59,357 bases of DNA from a virus (taxonomy: Duplodnaviria; Caudoviricetes): positions 1-59,357 of the IMG/VR virus record IMGVR_UViG_3300042486_000337, one strand, 5' to 3'. The notes beneath the pieces were generated by a model. The model had not been told where the DNA came from. It was given only the letters and a program-made list of their open reading frames with translations, and searched no databases. A program made the translations under genes and the position numbers. Below are positions 43,502-52,945 of this stretch, piece by piece; position 1 is the first letter of the stretch; the number at the start of each line of letters is the position of its first letter.

Positions 43502-43696
43502 TTAATTATTTAACCCGTTAAATCCACCTAAAGTGATTGCGTTTAACTGAACATATTCATTACCTACTTCGTCAGTGTAAATTGGATGTGGTGCAACTGC
43601 ATTAACTGGTCCTCCTTGAGTAGTAGAACCTCCACTAAAATTACCTAAAATCGCGATTGAATAATCGTATTGTGAATTTGCTGAATATGTTGGCAT
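43502..43696 (-). CDS. Small hypothetical protein
   Basis: ORF with TATTTATA upstream. Confidence 0.6.
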   Translation of the reverse strand: MPTYSANSQYDYSIAILGNFSGGSTTQGGPVNAVAPHPIYTDEVGNEYVQLNAITLGGFNGLNN

Positions 43697-43742
43697 ATAT
43701 ATTATTTTCTTTATAAATATATGAATAATTCAAATAATTTAA

Positions 43743-44468
43743 TTATTCTTGAATTGTTCTTTCTATGGATAATTCTTTATCTGTTTGTTTATTTAAAGTA
43801 TCAAATAATTTTTGGATGTGTCCTGACCTTCTTAAAAACTTGAAAACCAAATTCTCGTATGCTAACTCACCATCTTTTTCCAACCCACATTGTCGATATT
43901 CTTTCAATTTTTTTCTCAAACCTTCCAAATCTTTTTCCTCCTCAATTGCGGTTTCTATCTTCTCAACCCAAGTTTTTATTTTAGATTCAAGAACTGACTT
44001 ATCAACATTTTCTTTGAATTTTTTTGGATTACTAATCCATTCATTATTCATTATGGAATAAACTCCGGAACTATAATGAGGTTCTTTTGAATCTTCGGCA
44101 TATAATTCAACATCATATCCAAAAATTTTGATATTATGTTTGTCATTAAAGACTTGTTTTTTCAAATTAAATAATTCTTTATACAATTCAGATTGTTTTC
44201 CAAATTGGTTGAAATCTATTACAATATGTAAATCAAAGTCCGAAAATTCAGACCAGTTGTAATTTGATAAAGAACCCGTAAGATGAATGTTATCGACAAA
44301 TATATCTTCACCTAAAAATTCAACAAATTTTTCCGCAATTTTCATAAGAGCCTTTCTAACTTTCGGTTTCATAACCGATTTGCTAGCATCGTCAGGATTT
44401 TCCCATATTTTTGGGTTCAAGGTTTCTTTTACAGAAAAACTATCAAGAATTTTTTTAAAATTACTCAT
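43743..44468 (-). CDS. Pol-beta superfamily nucleotidyltransferase
   Basis: LTGS...SDFDLH signature, DVELY. Confidence 0.75.
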   Translation of the reverse strand: MSNFKKILDSFSVKETLNPKIWENPDDASKSVMKPKVRKALMKIAEKFVEFLGEDIFVDNIHLTGSLSNYNWSEFSDFDLHIVIDFNQFGKQSELYKELFNLKKQVFNDKHNIKIFGYDVELYAEDSKEPHYSSGVYSIMNNEWISNPKKFKENVDKSVLESKIKTWVEKIETAIEEEKDLEGLRKKLKEYRQCGLEKDGELAYENLVFKFLRRSGHIQKLFDTLNKQTDKELSIERTIQE

Positions 44469-44489
44469 CTTTAATAAATAGTATGAACT

Positions 44490-44732
44490 TTAAAGTTTTT
44501 TATATGGAAATTTCTTTGCAATATCCGTTGTAAAAAATTTACCTTGTGATTCAGATAATCTTAGTCTTGTGTAGGTCTGATGAGGAACTCCCTCATACTT
44601 ATATTTGAATCCATTGTTAAATTCAACAACCAACTCTTTAGTTTCCGTATCGTATTCTGTTGATTTTAGATTTGAAGATTTAATTTCATTTCTAATTTTT
44701 GTTCCAATAATTTCTTCTTTTACTATTGCCAT
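44490..44732 (-). CDS. KTSC domain protein
   Basis: SSNLKSTEYD..TKELVVEF.NG.KY.Y.GVP...SQGKFF. Confidence 0.9.
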   Translation of the reverse strand: MAIVKEEIIGTKIRNEIKSSNLKSTEYDTETKELVVEFNNGFKYKYEGVPHQTYTRLRLSESQGKFFTTDIAKKFPYKKL

Positions 44733-44788
44733 ATTATACAGGTTTTTATTATAAATATAAAACCCCCACCATTTGGTGAGGGTTTCGT

Positions 44789-45220
44789 TTAAGATTTTAA
44801 TTTTTTCAGTTCTTCTCGTAATTCAATCGACCTTTCAAAATTTTGTTCTTCAATTGACTTTTTAAGTTCCAACTCAAGTTTGTTAATGGTGTCTTGATTT
44901 GACTCAAGTTTTTTAATCTCATCTCTAAGTTTAACCGCTTCTTCGAAATTTTCTTCCTCAATCGCAATTTTAAGTTTTGCTCTCAAAGAGTCAGTACCTG
45001 ATGATTTATTTGATTTGGATGGTGTTCCTCCTGTTCTTACAAAACTAGTAATTAAAAAACTTCCATCAGGTGATTTATAAGTTTCTTTAGACCAGTTACC
45101 ATTTTCATCAGAACCTGTTTCTGATTGTTTATTCATCATTCCTTCGAACATTGCGTCAAAGTCATTAAACATGAAGTTAAAATCTCCAAAGAGGTCATTA
45201 AATTTTTTTCTATTAAACAT
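44789..45220 (-). CDS. Tandem UvrB/UvrC (UVR) motif protein
   Basis: AIEEENFEEAVKLRDEIK and SIEEQNFERSIELREELK. Confidence 0.85.
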   Translation of the reverse strand: MFNRKKFNDLFGDFNFMFNDFDAMFEGMMNKQSETGSDENGNWSKETYKSPDGSFLITSFVRTGGTPSKSNKSSGTDSLRAKLKIAIEEENFEEAVKLRDEIKKLESNQDTINKLELELKKSIEEQNFERSIELREELKKLKS

Positions 45221-45249
45221 ATTTTTCTGTTGTTTTAAAGTTTATTGTT

Positions 45250-45412
45250 TATCTTTGCATAAACAAATTTTATTCCTTTGATAATTATATGACATTTTTT
45301 CATAATACCAAATACAATCTGTCAATATGACCGGACATAATGACAGGGTATTAAAAAAATGTGACATTTTGTCAAATAATTTGGATAAGAACGGAATTTG
45401 TTATTATATTTG
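45250..45412. promoter_or_regulatory. Divergent control region with TAnnTTTG promoters and TGACA/TGTCA repeats
   Basis: TATCTTTG at 45250, TATATTTG at 45405; palindrome TGACA-TTT-TGTCA at 45362-45374 plus further half sites. Confidence 0.55.
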
Positions 45413-45432
45413 CATATTAAAATTATAAACTT

Positions 45433-47445
45433 ATGAACGATTTAATGGATGACGAAGACAAAATGATGAGTAAAAAAACAAAATCATCAGATTCTAATAC
45501 ACCTGTGTTGGATAATTTCAGTAGAGATTTAAATAAACTTGCTGAAGCGGGTAAACTTGACCCTGTAATTGGTCGTGAAAGAGAAATCTTAAGGATTGCT
45601 CAAATTTTATCTCGTAGAAAGAAAAACAATCCTATTATTATAGGTGAACCTGGTTGTGGTAAAACCGCTCTTGTTGAAGGTTTGGCGATTAAAATAGTGA
45701 AAGGGGAATGTCCTCGTAATTTAATGGATAAACGAATAGTTAATCTTGACCTTACCTCTGTTGTTGCGGGTACCAAATATCGTGGTCAATTTGAAGAAAG
45801 AATGAAAGTAATTCTTGAAGAACTTCAATCAAATCCAAATATCATAGTGTTTATTGATGAGATTCATACCTTGGTTGGTTCTGGTAATTCTTCAGGTTCT
45901 ATGGATGGTTCAAATATCTTCAAACCGGCACTTGCTCGTGGAGAAGTTCAATGTATTGGAGCAACAACATTAGACGAGTTCCGTAAGAATATTGAGAAAG
46001 ACGGAGCGTTGGAGCGTAGGTTCCAAAAAGTTGTTGTTGAGGCATCTTCAGTTAGTGAAACAATTCAAATTCTTAAGAATGTTCGAGAAAAATATGAATC
46101 TTTCCATAAGGTTCATTATAGCGACGAAGTTATTGAAACTTGTGTTAAATTGGCTGACCGATATATCACGGACAGAGAGTTTCCGGATAAAGCATTTGAT
46201 ATCTTGGATGAGGTTGGGGCAAGAATGCAAACCGAATTAAAAACTCCTGAGATTATTGAGGAACTTAAGAAAAAAGCGGCTGAGATTAAACAACTAAAAC
46301 TTGATGTTGTTAAAAGACAAAACTATGAACAAGCCGCAGAACTTCGTGATAAAGAGAAAAAACTTTTAACGAAACTTGACCAAGAGAAGTTGAAGTTCGA
46401 AGAACAAATGTCAAGAGAAAAACAAGTTATTATGTTGGAACACGTTTATGATGTGGTTTCAAATATGACTAAAATCCCGGTTAATAAGATGAGTGTTGAT
46501 GATACCAAAGCATTAATGGATTTGGATAAAAACTTAATTGGTAAAGTTATCGGTCAAGATGATGCGGTTGTTAAAATTGCGAAATCAATTAAACGAAATC
46601 GTTTGGGAATCAAAGACCCGAATAAACCAATTGGGTCATTCATATTCTTGGGTTCAACCGGTGTGGGTAAAACATATTTGGCAAAACAAATGGCCAAAGA
46701 AATGTTTGGTTCTGAAGATGCTCTTATTCGTGTGGATATGAGTGAATACCAAGAAAAACATAGTATTTCTAAAATGTTAGGAACTACGGCTGGATTTGTT
46801 GGGTATGAGGATGGTGGTCATCTAACTGAAAAGGTTAAGAATAAACCTTACTCAGTTATTTTATTTGATGAGATTGAGAAAGCTCATAAAGATATATTCA
46901 CCATTTTACTTCAAATATTGGATGATGGACACGTAACTGATGGTCAAGGTAGAAAAATCAACTTCAAAAATACTTTAATTATTTTGACATCAAACTTGGG
47001 TGTTAAGAAATTACAAGATTTTGGAACCGGAATTGGATTCTCAACTAATTCATATAGTAATGAAGAAATTAAGAAACAAATGTTAATGAAAGAAATGAAG
47101 AATTTCTTCTCTCCTGAGTTCTTAAATCGTATCGACGATACAATCGTATTCAACACATTGAAACAAGACGATATCAAGAAAATTACCGATATTGAATTGA
47201 AAAAATTAATGAATCGTCTTACTGATATGAAATATACAATTGGGTATGATGATACTTTGGTTGAGTATTTAGCTAAAGTCGGGTATGATGAATTATATGG
47301 AGCCCGTCCATTAAAAAGAGCAATCCAAGATAAAGTTGAGGACTTATTATCTGAGGAGGTTCTGACTGGTAAATTGGTTGAGGGTAAAACCTATGTTATC
47401 AAAGTTGTTGATGACAATGTCGTTATTCAAAAGAAAGGGAGGTAG
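45433..47445 (+). CDS. clpC: ClpC-like AAA+ chaperone lacking the N-terminal repeat domain
   Basis: Two Walker A (GEPGCGKT, GSTGVGKT), KYRGQFEER, UVR middle domain, GIGF ClpP-docking loop, GARPL. Confidence 0.9.
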   Translation: MNDLMDDEDKMMSKKTKSSDSNTPVLDNFSRDLNKLAEAGKLDPVIGREREILRIAQILSRRKKNNPIIIGEPGCGKTALVEGLAIKIVKGECPRNLMDKRIVNLDLTSVVAGTKYRGQFEERMKVILEELQSNPNIIVFIDEIHTLVGSGNSSGSMDGSNIFKPALARGEVQCIGATTLDEFRKNIEKDGALERRFQKVVVEASSVSETIQILKNVREKYESFHKVHYSDEVIETCVKLADRYITDREFPDKAFDILDEVGARMQTELKTPEIIEELKKKAAEIKQLKLDVVKRQNYEQAAELRDKEKKLLTKLDQEKLKFEEQMSREKQVIMLEHVYDVVSNMTKIPVNKMSVDDTKALMDLDKNLIGKVIGQDDAVVKIAKSIKRNRLGIKDPNKPIGSFIFLGSTGVGKTYLAKQMAKEMFGSEDALIRVDMSEYQEKHSISKMLGTTAGFVGYEDGGHLTEKVKNKPYSVILFDEIEKAHKDIFTILLQILDDGHVTDGQGRKINFKNTLIILTSNLGVKKLQDFGTGIGFSTNSYSNEEIKKQMLMKEMKNFFSPEFLNRIDDTIVFNTLKQDDIKKITDIELKKLMNRLTDMKYTIGYDDTLVEYLAKVGYDELYGARPLKRAIQDKVEDLLSEEVLTGKLVEGKTYVIKVVDDNVVIQKKGR

Positions 47446-47447
47446 TT

Positions 47448-47483
47448 AAAAAAAGGAGGTAATTTTATATTACCTCCTTTTTT
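47448..47483. terminator. Bidirectional terminator
   Basis: AAAAAAGGAGGTAAT-TTTAT-ATTACCTCCTTTTTT. Confidence 0.75.
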
Positions 47484-48403
47484 AATAAATTAGTTATTTC
47501 ATTTATGGATAAAAAATAAGGAATTCTTATTAATTTAATACCTTCCAATTTACAAAAGATATTTTTTATTTCATCCCTCATTTTAGTTTTAATATATTCA
47601 TCCTCGCCACCAAAAAAATCAATAGGTTTAAAGTGTTGTATTCCGTCAAATTCAATACAAATACTTTTATCAGGTAAAATAAAATCAAATCTTAAATTAT
47701 TCTCGTTTTTACAACCTGTAATAGATTTATTATATTGAAAATTAATGTCATTTTTTATTAAAAAATCATAAATTTTTTTCTCCCCATAACTAATTTTTTC
47801 TTTTTTATCTATTCCTAACCAATCGTAATAATCAACCCATCCTTTACCTTTATAGGTTTTTTCGGGTTTTTTTGGTATATCTTTTGGAAGTTCGCTTAAA
47901 TTTAGTTGTCTCCATTCTTTAACCATTTTCAAATTTAAACTACGAGCCCATAGTTTAGCCTCCTCAAAAGATTTATAAAGTTTTTGGTTATCTGAAACTC
48001 TTCCAGTACCTAAAAATTCTCCCCATCCTTCCCATTTAGATTTATATGTCATATATGGATTGTAAGGGATTTTAATATCGTCTTTAATAATCTCCTTAAT
48101 TTTTTTAAAAAAATCCATTTTACTTATTATATTCTTCTTAAGAATAACTTTCTTACATTCTTCATAGTCGTAATAAACATTATTTATCTTTTTCTTAAAA
48201 ATTGGTTTATCTAAAAAATCCGACCAATTTAGCCAAACTTCTTTACCATAAAAAGTTACCGGATTTAAAGGTGCTCTTTTACCATCAATAGATGTTAAAC
48301 TTTTATAAGTTTTAATATATTGATTTTTACTATTAATTGATAGAGAATTAACTATTTTTTTTAATTCCTCGTAGTTATAATATTTATTTTTTATATCCAA
48401 CAT
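47465..48403 (-). mobile_element. Putative homing endonuclease (Vsr/DUF559-like C-terminal nuclease, repeated P..Y...W..W.DFL units)
   Basis: SYGE, LRFDF, IEFDGIQHF, RDEIKN, LIRIPY; three N-terminal repeats. Confidence 0.75.
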
Positions 48404-48493
48404 ATCCCATTTATATATAAATATCAGGTAATATTAAATAGTTCGGGATTTTTAGGTTAAAAAACTTTATTTATTTTTTTTATATTTATAAAT

Positions 48494-48850
48494 ATGAAAA
48501 CCATTAAACTAACTGAAACAGAATTAAAATCGTTGATTACAACTATCGTACAAGAAACAAAATTCAACACAATTAACTATTCTGATTTAACAAAATCAGG
48601 TGATTGGGATGTTAATCGACATACAAGAGATGAATTAGGTGTTAATATGTATAAGTTAGATGGGGGTATATTAAAAAAAACTACCAAGCGTAAATCCGGT
48701 GATAAATTATTTTTTTTAACTGACAAAGAATTCGAAAAATCAAATGAATTTTTACTAAAAGCAAGAGATTTAGAATCTCAAGCTAAAAAATTAAGACTTG
48801 CCGCAAAATACATAATGGATTCCGGTTCATCCCAACCTTATAATATATGA
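48494..48850 (+). CDS. Hypothetical protein with MKTIKLTETEL motif
   Basis: Shared N-terminal motif; TATTTATA upstream. Confidence 0.7.
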   Translation: MKTIKLTETELKSLITTIVQETKFNTINYSDLTKSGDWDVNRHTRDELGVNMYKLDGGILKKTTKRKSGDKLFFLTDKEFEKSNEFLLKARDLESQAKKLRLAAKYIMDSGSSQPYNI

Positions 48851-49023
48851 AAGAATTAATTAGAAAAATTTTAAGAGAAGCCATTAAAAACAACAAAGTT
48901 ATTTGTGATGGATGTGGATGGTCTTGGGATTTATCCGATGGAGGTGATGACCCGTATATTTGTCATAAATGTGGTCATGATAATGAACAAAAAAAATCGG
49001 ATGATTTCTCATCCGACTTATAA
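48847..49023 (+). CDS. Small zinc-ribbon protein (not in ORF track)
   Basis: MKELIRKILRE...CDGCGW...YICHKCG, 58 aa, ATGA overlap with upstream stop. Confidence 0.7.
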   Translation: MKELIRKILREAIKNNKVICDGCGWSWDLSDGGDDPYICHKCGHDNEQKKSDDFSSDL

Positions 49024-49866
49024 TTAAAATACTGACCTAGTTCTCCAATTATACTGGACAGATTTCATGTAATGCAATCTATTACCCAAATCCTCAATCA
49101 TTTTTCTACCCATATCAATGCCGTTGAATACATCTTCAACAACAACATATTCATTTTTGGTGTGGTAGTTGTAATACCCGATTGAAATATTAATACAAGA
49201 GAAATCAAATTTACCTCTCAAAGCGTAAACGTCCGTATAAGGATGGACCATATATTCCATATCATTTTGATTCATACCTTCAGTTAATATTTTATCACAA
49301 GTATTAAAGAATTCGGAATCTCTGTCAAATAAAACTTGTCCAAAACATTTTTCAGTAATCATCCAGTTTTCCGGAGCATCAAATTGGATTCCATAACCAA
49401 CATTTGAGAAGAAATCTTCACTTGCTTTTAATGACCCATGACAACCTGTTTCTTCAGATACAAAGAATGCCGCTTTCAAATAAGGTAATTCTTCCAATAA
49501 AGTCAAACATGCGAACACACCACATTTATCGTCACCTCCAATACCTGTTGGTTTTCCTTGGTCATTATATGCTTTATACGACAACTTTATTTCACGTTGC
49601 GCATTTGGTAACATTTCTTCGGAAATATTAATTGTGTCGATATTATGGACCGTATCGGTATGTGATATCACACATGGGAAATAAAAATCTTCAGGTAATT
49701 CCGCGGACTCTTGTTTTGTTGCATACACGTTATTGTGCTCATCAACAAAATGTGAGATATTGTTTTCAGTTAACCAATTAACCAAAAATTCAACCATTTT
49801 TTCCTCTTGATATGTTTTTGTTGGAACACTCAAAACCTGTTTAAGTAAATCTGTATTTTTTTTCAT
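49024..49866 (-). CDS. M20/M28-family metallopeptidase-like protein
   Basis: SHTDTVH, GIGGDDKCG, SEETG, YHTKNE. Confidence 0.8.
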   Translation of the reverse strand: MKKNTDLLKQVLSVPTKTYQEEKMVEFLVNWLTENNISHFVDEHNNVYATKQESAELPEDFYFPCVISHTDTVHNIDTINISEEMLPNAQREIKLSYKAYNDQGKPTGIGGDDKCGVFACLTLLEELPYLKAAFFVSEETGCHGSLKASEDFFSNVGYGIQFDAPENWMITEKCFGQVLFDRDSEFFNTCDKILTEGMNQNDMEYMVHPYTDVYALRGKFDFSCINISIGYYNYHTKNEYVVVEDVFNGIDMGRKMIEDLGNRLHYMKSVQYNWRTRSVF

Positions 49867-49912
49867 AATGCAAATATAGTAAAAATATTTTAAACATTAT
49901 AGAAAAAATATT

Positions 49913-51019
49913 TTAAGTGTCAAATCTATCAAACAATTCTAGTTGATATAACAAATTATAAAAATTTTCCTCAGTTAATTTTAGTTTTTTAATAAATTTT
50001 TGGGGGTGATGTATCGAGACATCAATTCTCATTCCTTCTCGGTCAAGTCCGTCAATTCTATATTGAATTTTTGGGTCTTTAGGTAGTTTATACCATTGAC
50101 CATATTTAAACTTACTTAAAATACGTTTTTTTAAATTTAAAAATTCGGCTATACTAGAACCTCCTTCTTCCATTTCTTCCTCCAAAGAATCAATAATATA
50201 GTCTAATTTTCTTTCAACATCGTTATTAAAATTTTTACTATCAAAATATTTATCATCTTGAAATTCATACATCATTTCTGACCAACCACCGAGACCTCGG
50301 TCCTCATTTGCCTTAAAAATTTCGGTAACCAAAGTCATTGCGTCAGGAGCGTCAGTAATACCTAATCGTAATGCCCATACTCTCAAGTTTGCAACTGTCG
50401 TAGAAATCTCATCATATTTTCTGTAAAACTCAAAATCAATTTTTTTTAAATAACCTTCCAATTCATTGTTGATTGTTTCTTGACCCACCTTCACCACTTC
50501 TTCATCTTTATAAGAAGTATAGTTTGAGATAATGTCATCAATTTGCTCCGGAAATAAATCATAAAGTAAATTATTAAATTCCTTCCTATACTCATCATCA
50601 TCTATAATAAATTCTTTCTCGGGTAAAATCAAATCCGATATTAACTTTAATTTTTCTTTATTTTCTTCATCAAAATACCATAGTATACCATAACCTTCTA
50701 AAAAATCTTCTAACGAATTATTAAAATCGGTAAATTCGAAATATCCATAAGATGAATTTATTTGTCCTTCTGCCCATATATCATCCTCAGTTAGACCTAT
50801 TTCTTTAAAAAAACTTTCATCATTTTTAAATTCAATTATAATATCACTAGCACCTAATGGATTTTGTTGTATGACACTTATTAAATTATCCATATCTTGT
50901 AAATCATAACGGTCTATTTGACCTCTACTGAATTTTTTTAAGGCATCAATAAAATTATCAGGAGTATTCCCATCTTCCTGATTTTCAAATATTTTTCTTT
51001 TATTCTTAAGTAATCTCAC
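49913..51019 (-). CDS. Hypothetical acidic protein
   Basis: 368-aa ORF; TATTTATA upstream. Confidence 0.65.
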   Translation of the reverse strand: MRLLKNKRKIFENQEDGNTPDNFIDALKKFSRGQIDRYDLQDMDNLISVIQQNPLGASDIIIEFKNDESFFKEIGLTEDDIWAEGQINSSYGYFEFTDFNNSLEDFLEGYGILWYFDEENKEKLKLISDLILPEKEFIIDDDEYRKEFNNLLYDLFPEQIDDIISNYTSYKDEEVVKVGQETINNELEGYLKKIDFEFYRKYDEISTTVANLRVWALRLGITDAPDAMTLVTEIFKANEDRGLGGWSEMMYEFQDDKYFDSKNFNNDVERKLDYIIDSLEEEMEEGGSSIAEFLNLKKRILSKFKYGQWYKLPKDPKIQYRIDGLDREGMRIDVSIHHPQKFIKKLKLTEENFYNLLYQLELFDRFDT

Positions 51020-51073
51020 AATTGTTTTTTTACTATAAATACTCTTTTGATTAGGAAATTAAATATTTATTCT

Positions 51074-51120
51074 TATCTTTGCATTACAAATCACGAGAAA
51101 TGATTTATCGTTCTTTGAAA
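51074..51120 (+). promoter_or_regulatory. tmRNA promoter (TATCTTTG) and boxA-like GTTCTTTGAAA
   Basis: TAnnTTTG at 51074-51081; boxA-like element at 51110-51120. Confidence 0.65.
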
Positions 51121-51128
51121 AATAATAT

Positions 51129-51508
51129 GGGGGTAAAATGGAATTGACTGGTACATCTGGTTATTTGGGGCACGTCGAAGCTGAATTAACTTCGTTATCA
51201 ACTGATTTAAAACAACAGACGGCAACGTTCTAAACAAAATGGCTCTAGTAGGTCTTGTTAAACAAGATGAGCTTGTAGCAGTAGCATAGTCTCTACTACA
51301 TTCGGGTCGGGGGGACATTAACCCAGGAACAGAAGTCCTTGATGGGTGGAAAAATGACTAAACCTTAAATTGAGTCGTCCATTGGTTGTTAGGTTTACGA
51401 TGGTGAAGAACAAACCAACTATTTCGGAACATTAGAAAATGTTGTCCTAAACGTGTAGTCCTAAATAGGTAGTGTAGTCAGGACGAGGTTTCGAAACCTC
51501 TACCTCCA
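51129..51508 (+). ncRNA. ssrA: tmRNA
   Basis: GGGGGTA/TACCTCC-A acceptor with G3-U70, GGAATTGAC 5' motif, T-arm GAGGT-TTCGAA-ACCTC, internal tag ORF 51221-51289 ending VAVA*. Confidence 0.93.
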
Positions 51509-51515
51509 CTCAGAT

Positions 51516-51542
51516 AAAGGGTCTCTTATGAGACCCTTTTTT
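51516..51542 (+). terminator. tmRNA terminator
   Basis: AAAGGGTCTC-TTAT-GAGACCCTTTTTT. Confidence 0.85.
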
Positions 51543-51603
51543 AGTTTAAATTTGGAGATTCATTTTATTTTGTTATTATTAAGTATTCAAACCATTTTTA
51601 TCT

Positions 51604-51816
51604 ATGATTGATATAAAAAAAATATTAGAAACCGAAGGACCAACTCGTAATTTAATAAATTCCGTACCTGAAGGATTTTTATTAGTTCATGAGAAAACAT
51701 TAGAAGATTTGAAAGAATTTGAAACTTGGAAGTCTTGGAAAAATGGTAGAACTTCAATTAAAGAATTAAATAATAAAAATTTTATAAAATATGAGAAAAT
51801 TAATAAGACCCCGTAA
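51604..51816 (+). CDS. Hypothetical protein
   Basis: ORF. Confidence 0.55.
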   Translation: MIDIKKILETEGPTRNLINSVPEGFLLVHEKTLEDLKEFETWKSWKNGRTSIKELNNKNFIKYEKINKTP

Positions 51817-51973
51817 TTCTACTATTGCCGGAGTATGTGATGCAATTGGAAATTATTTAGGAATTGATGGAACAATTATAAAGATAGTGTTCTTTGGATT
51901 ACTCTTCACCCCGGTTCCAATTACAATAATATATCTATTATTATGGTTTTTTATCCCTAAAGAAAAATTTTAG
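51791..51973 (+). CDS. PspC domain membrane protein
   Basis: RPRNSTIAGVCDAIGNYLGID...IYLLLWFFIP. Confidence 0.85.
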   Translation: MRKLIRPRNSTIAGVCDAIGNYLGIDGTIIKIVFFGLLFTPVPITIIYLLLWFFIPKEKF

Positions 51974-51994
51974 AAATTTTGAGTATTTATTAGT

Positions 51995-52639
51995 ATGAAT
52001 ACTCAAAACAAAACTATTAAAGAAATTTTATCGTTATATAATGTCATTCTTGAGAACAAGAATATTAATGAAGCGTCAAATAGCTACGACAATGTTAATT
52101 TTAACAATACTGTTGTAAAAGATGCCAACCCATTAAACGATAATATAAACACGGCATTGTTGCAAGATATTGAAACTGCGGCTAAATCTGCTGGTGTTGT
52201 TGTTGATATTACAACAGCAATTTCAGGACATAAAGAAAAAACCGAAAGTGGTAATACTAGTCGGCATGTACCAGGAAATGCTGTCGATATTGCAATTGTG
52301 AATGGTGTGTCGGTTAGAGATAGTACTATAAGAGATAAAGTATTAAAATTTGTTGATGAACTAGTTAAATTGGGATATGAAAAAAATCTAGCAGAAATAG
52401 AGTCAAGACCAAAAGTGGTACTTACTTATGGTTTCGAAGGACACGATAATCATGTTCATGTCTCCAATACAACTCAAGAGGCGTCAAGTAATAAAAAAAC
52501 TGAAACAGAACCTAAACCAGAAACTAGTTCCACTAATTTAAGTTCCCAAAGAGACCCAATTATTGCTGCCGCGGGAAATATGTTATCAAATATGTTAGGA
52601 CTTAAAGAGAATATTAATAGAATTAAAAACTTACTATAA
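51995..52639 (+). CDS. Peptidase M15-like (Zn cell-wall hydrolase) protein
   Basis: SRH...AVD and HDNHVH zinc ligands. Confidence 0.7.
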   Translation: MNTQNKTIKEILSLYNVILENKNINEASNSYDNVNFNNTVVKDANPLNDNINTALLQDIETAAKSAGVVVDITTAISGHKEKTESGNTSRHVPGNAVDIAIVNGVSVRDSTIRDKVLKFVDELVKLGYEKNLAEIESRPKVVLTYGFEGHDNHVHVSNTTQEASSNKKTETEPKPETSSTNLSSQRDPIIAAAGNMLSNMLGLKENINRIKNLL

Positions 52640-52640
52640 C

Positions 52641-52670
52641 AAAAAAAATCCACCGATTGGTGGATTTTTT
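52641..52670. terminator. Bidirectional terminator
   Basis: AAAAATCCACC-GATT-GGTGGATTTTT. Confidence 0.8.
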
Positions 52671-52693
52671 AATTTAATCATCTTCTATTTTAA

Positions 52694-52858
52694 TTATTTA
52701 CTTTCAGTCATTGTTGTATCAACAACTAATGAAGTTGTGTCAGTAGACATAGTTGAATCAACAACCATTGTTGTATCTTCAGAAGTAATTTCAGTTGATG
52801 TTCCACTACCACAAGAAACTAATGTTACGATTGTGATTAGAGTTAAGATTTTTTTCAT
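52694..52858 (-). CDS. Small lipoprotein (not in ORF track)
   Basis: MKKILTLITIVTLVSC lipobox, T/S/D-rich tail, 54 aa. Confidence 0.75.
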   Translation of the reverse strand: MKKILTLITIVTLVSCGSGTSTEITSEDTTMVVDSTMSTDTTSLVVDTTMTESK

Positions 52859-52945
52859 TTTTACTAATTTTTTTTGTTTATAATAATTATTATTCTTGAG
52901 ATTATAAATATACGAATATTTCGTCTTTTGTCAATTATTTTTTTG

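Noticed and set aside
51091-51318. 75-aa minus-strand ORF
   Set aside because: Antisense to tmRNA
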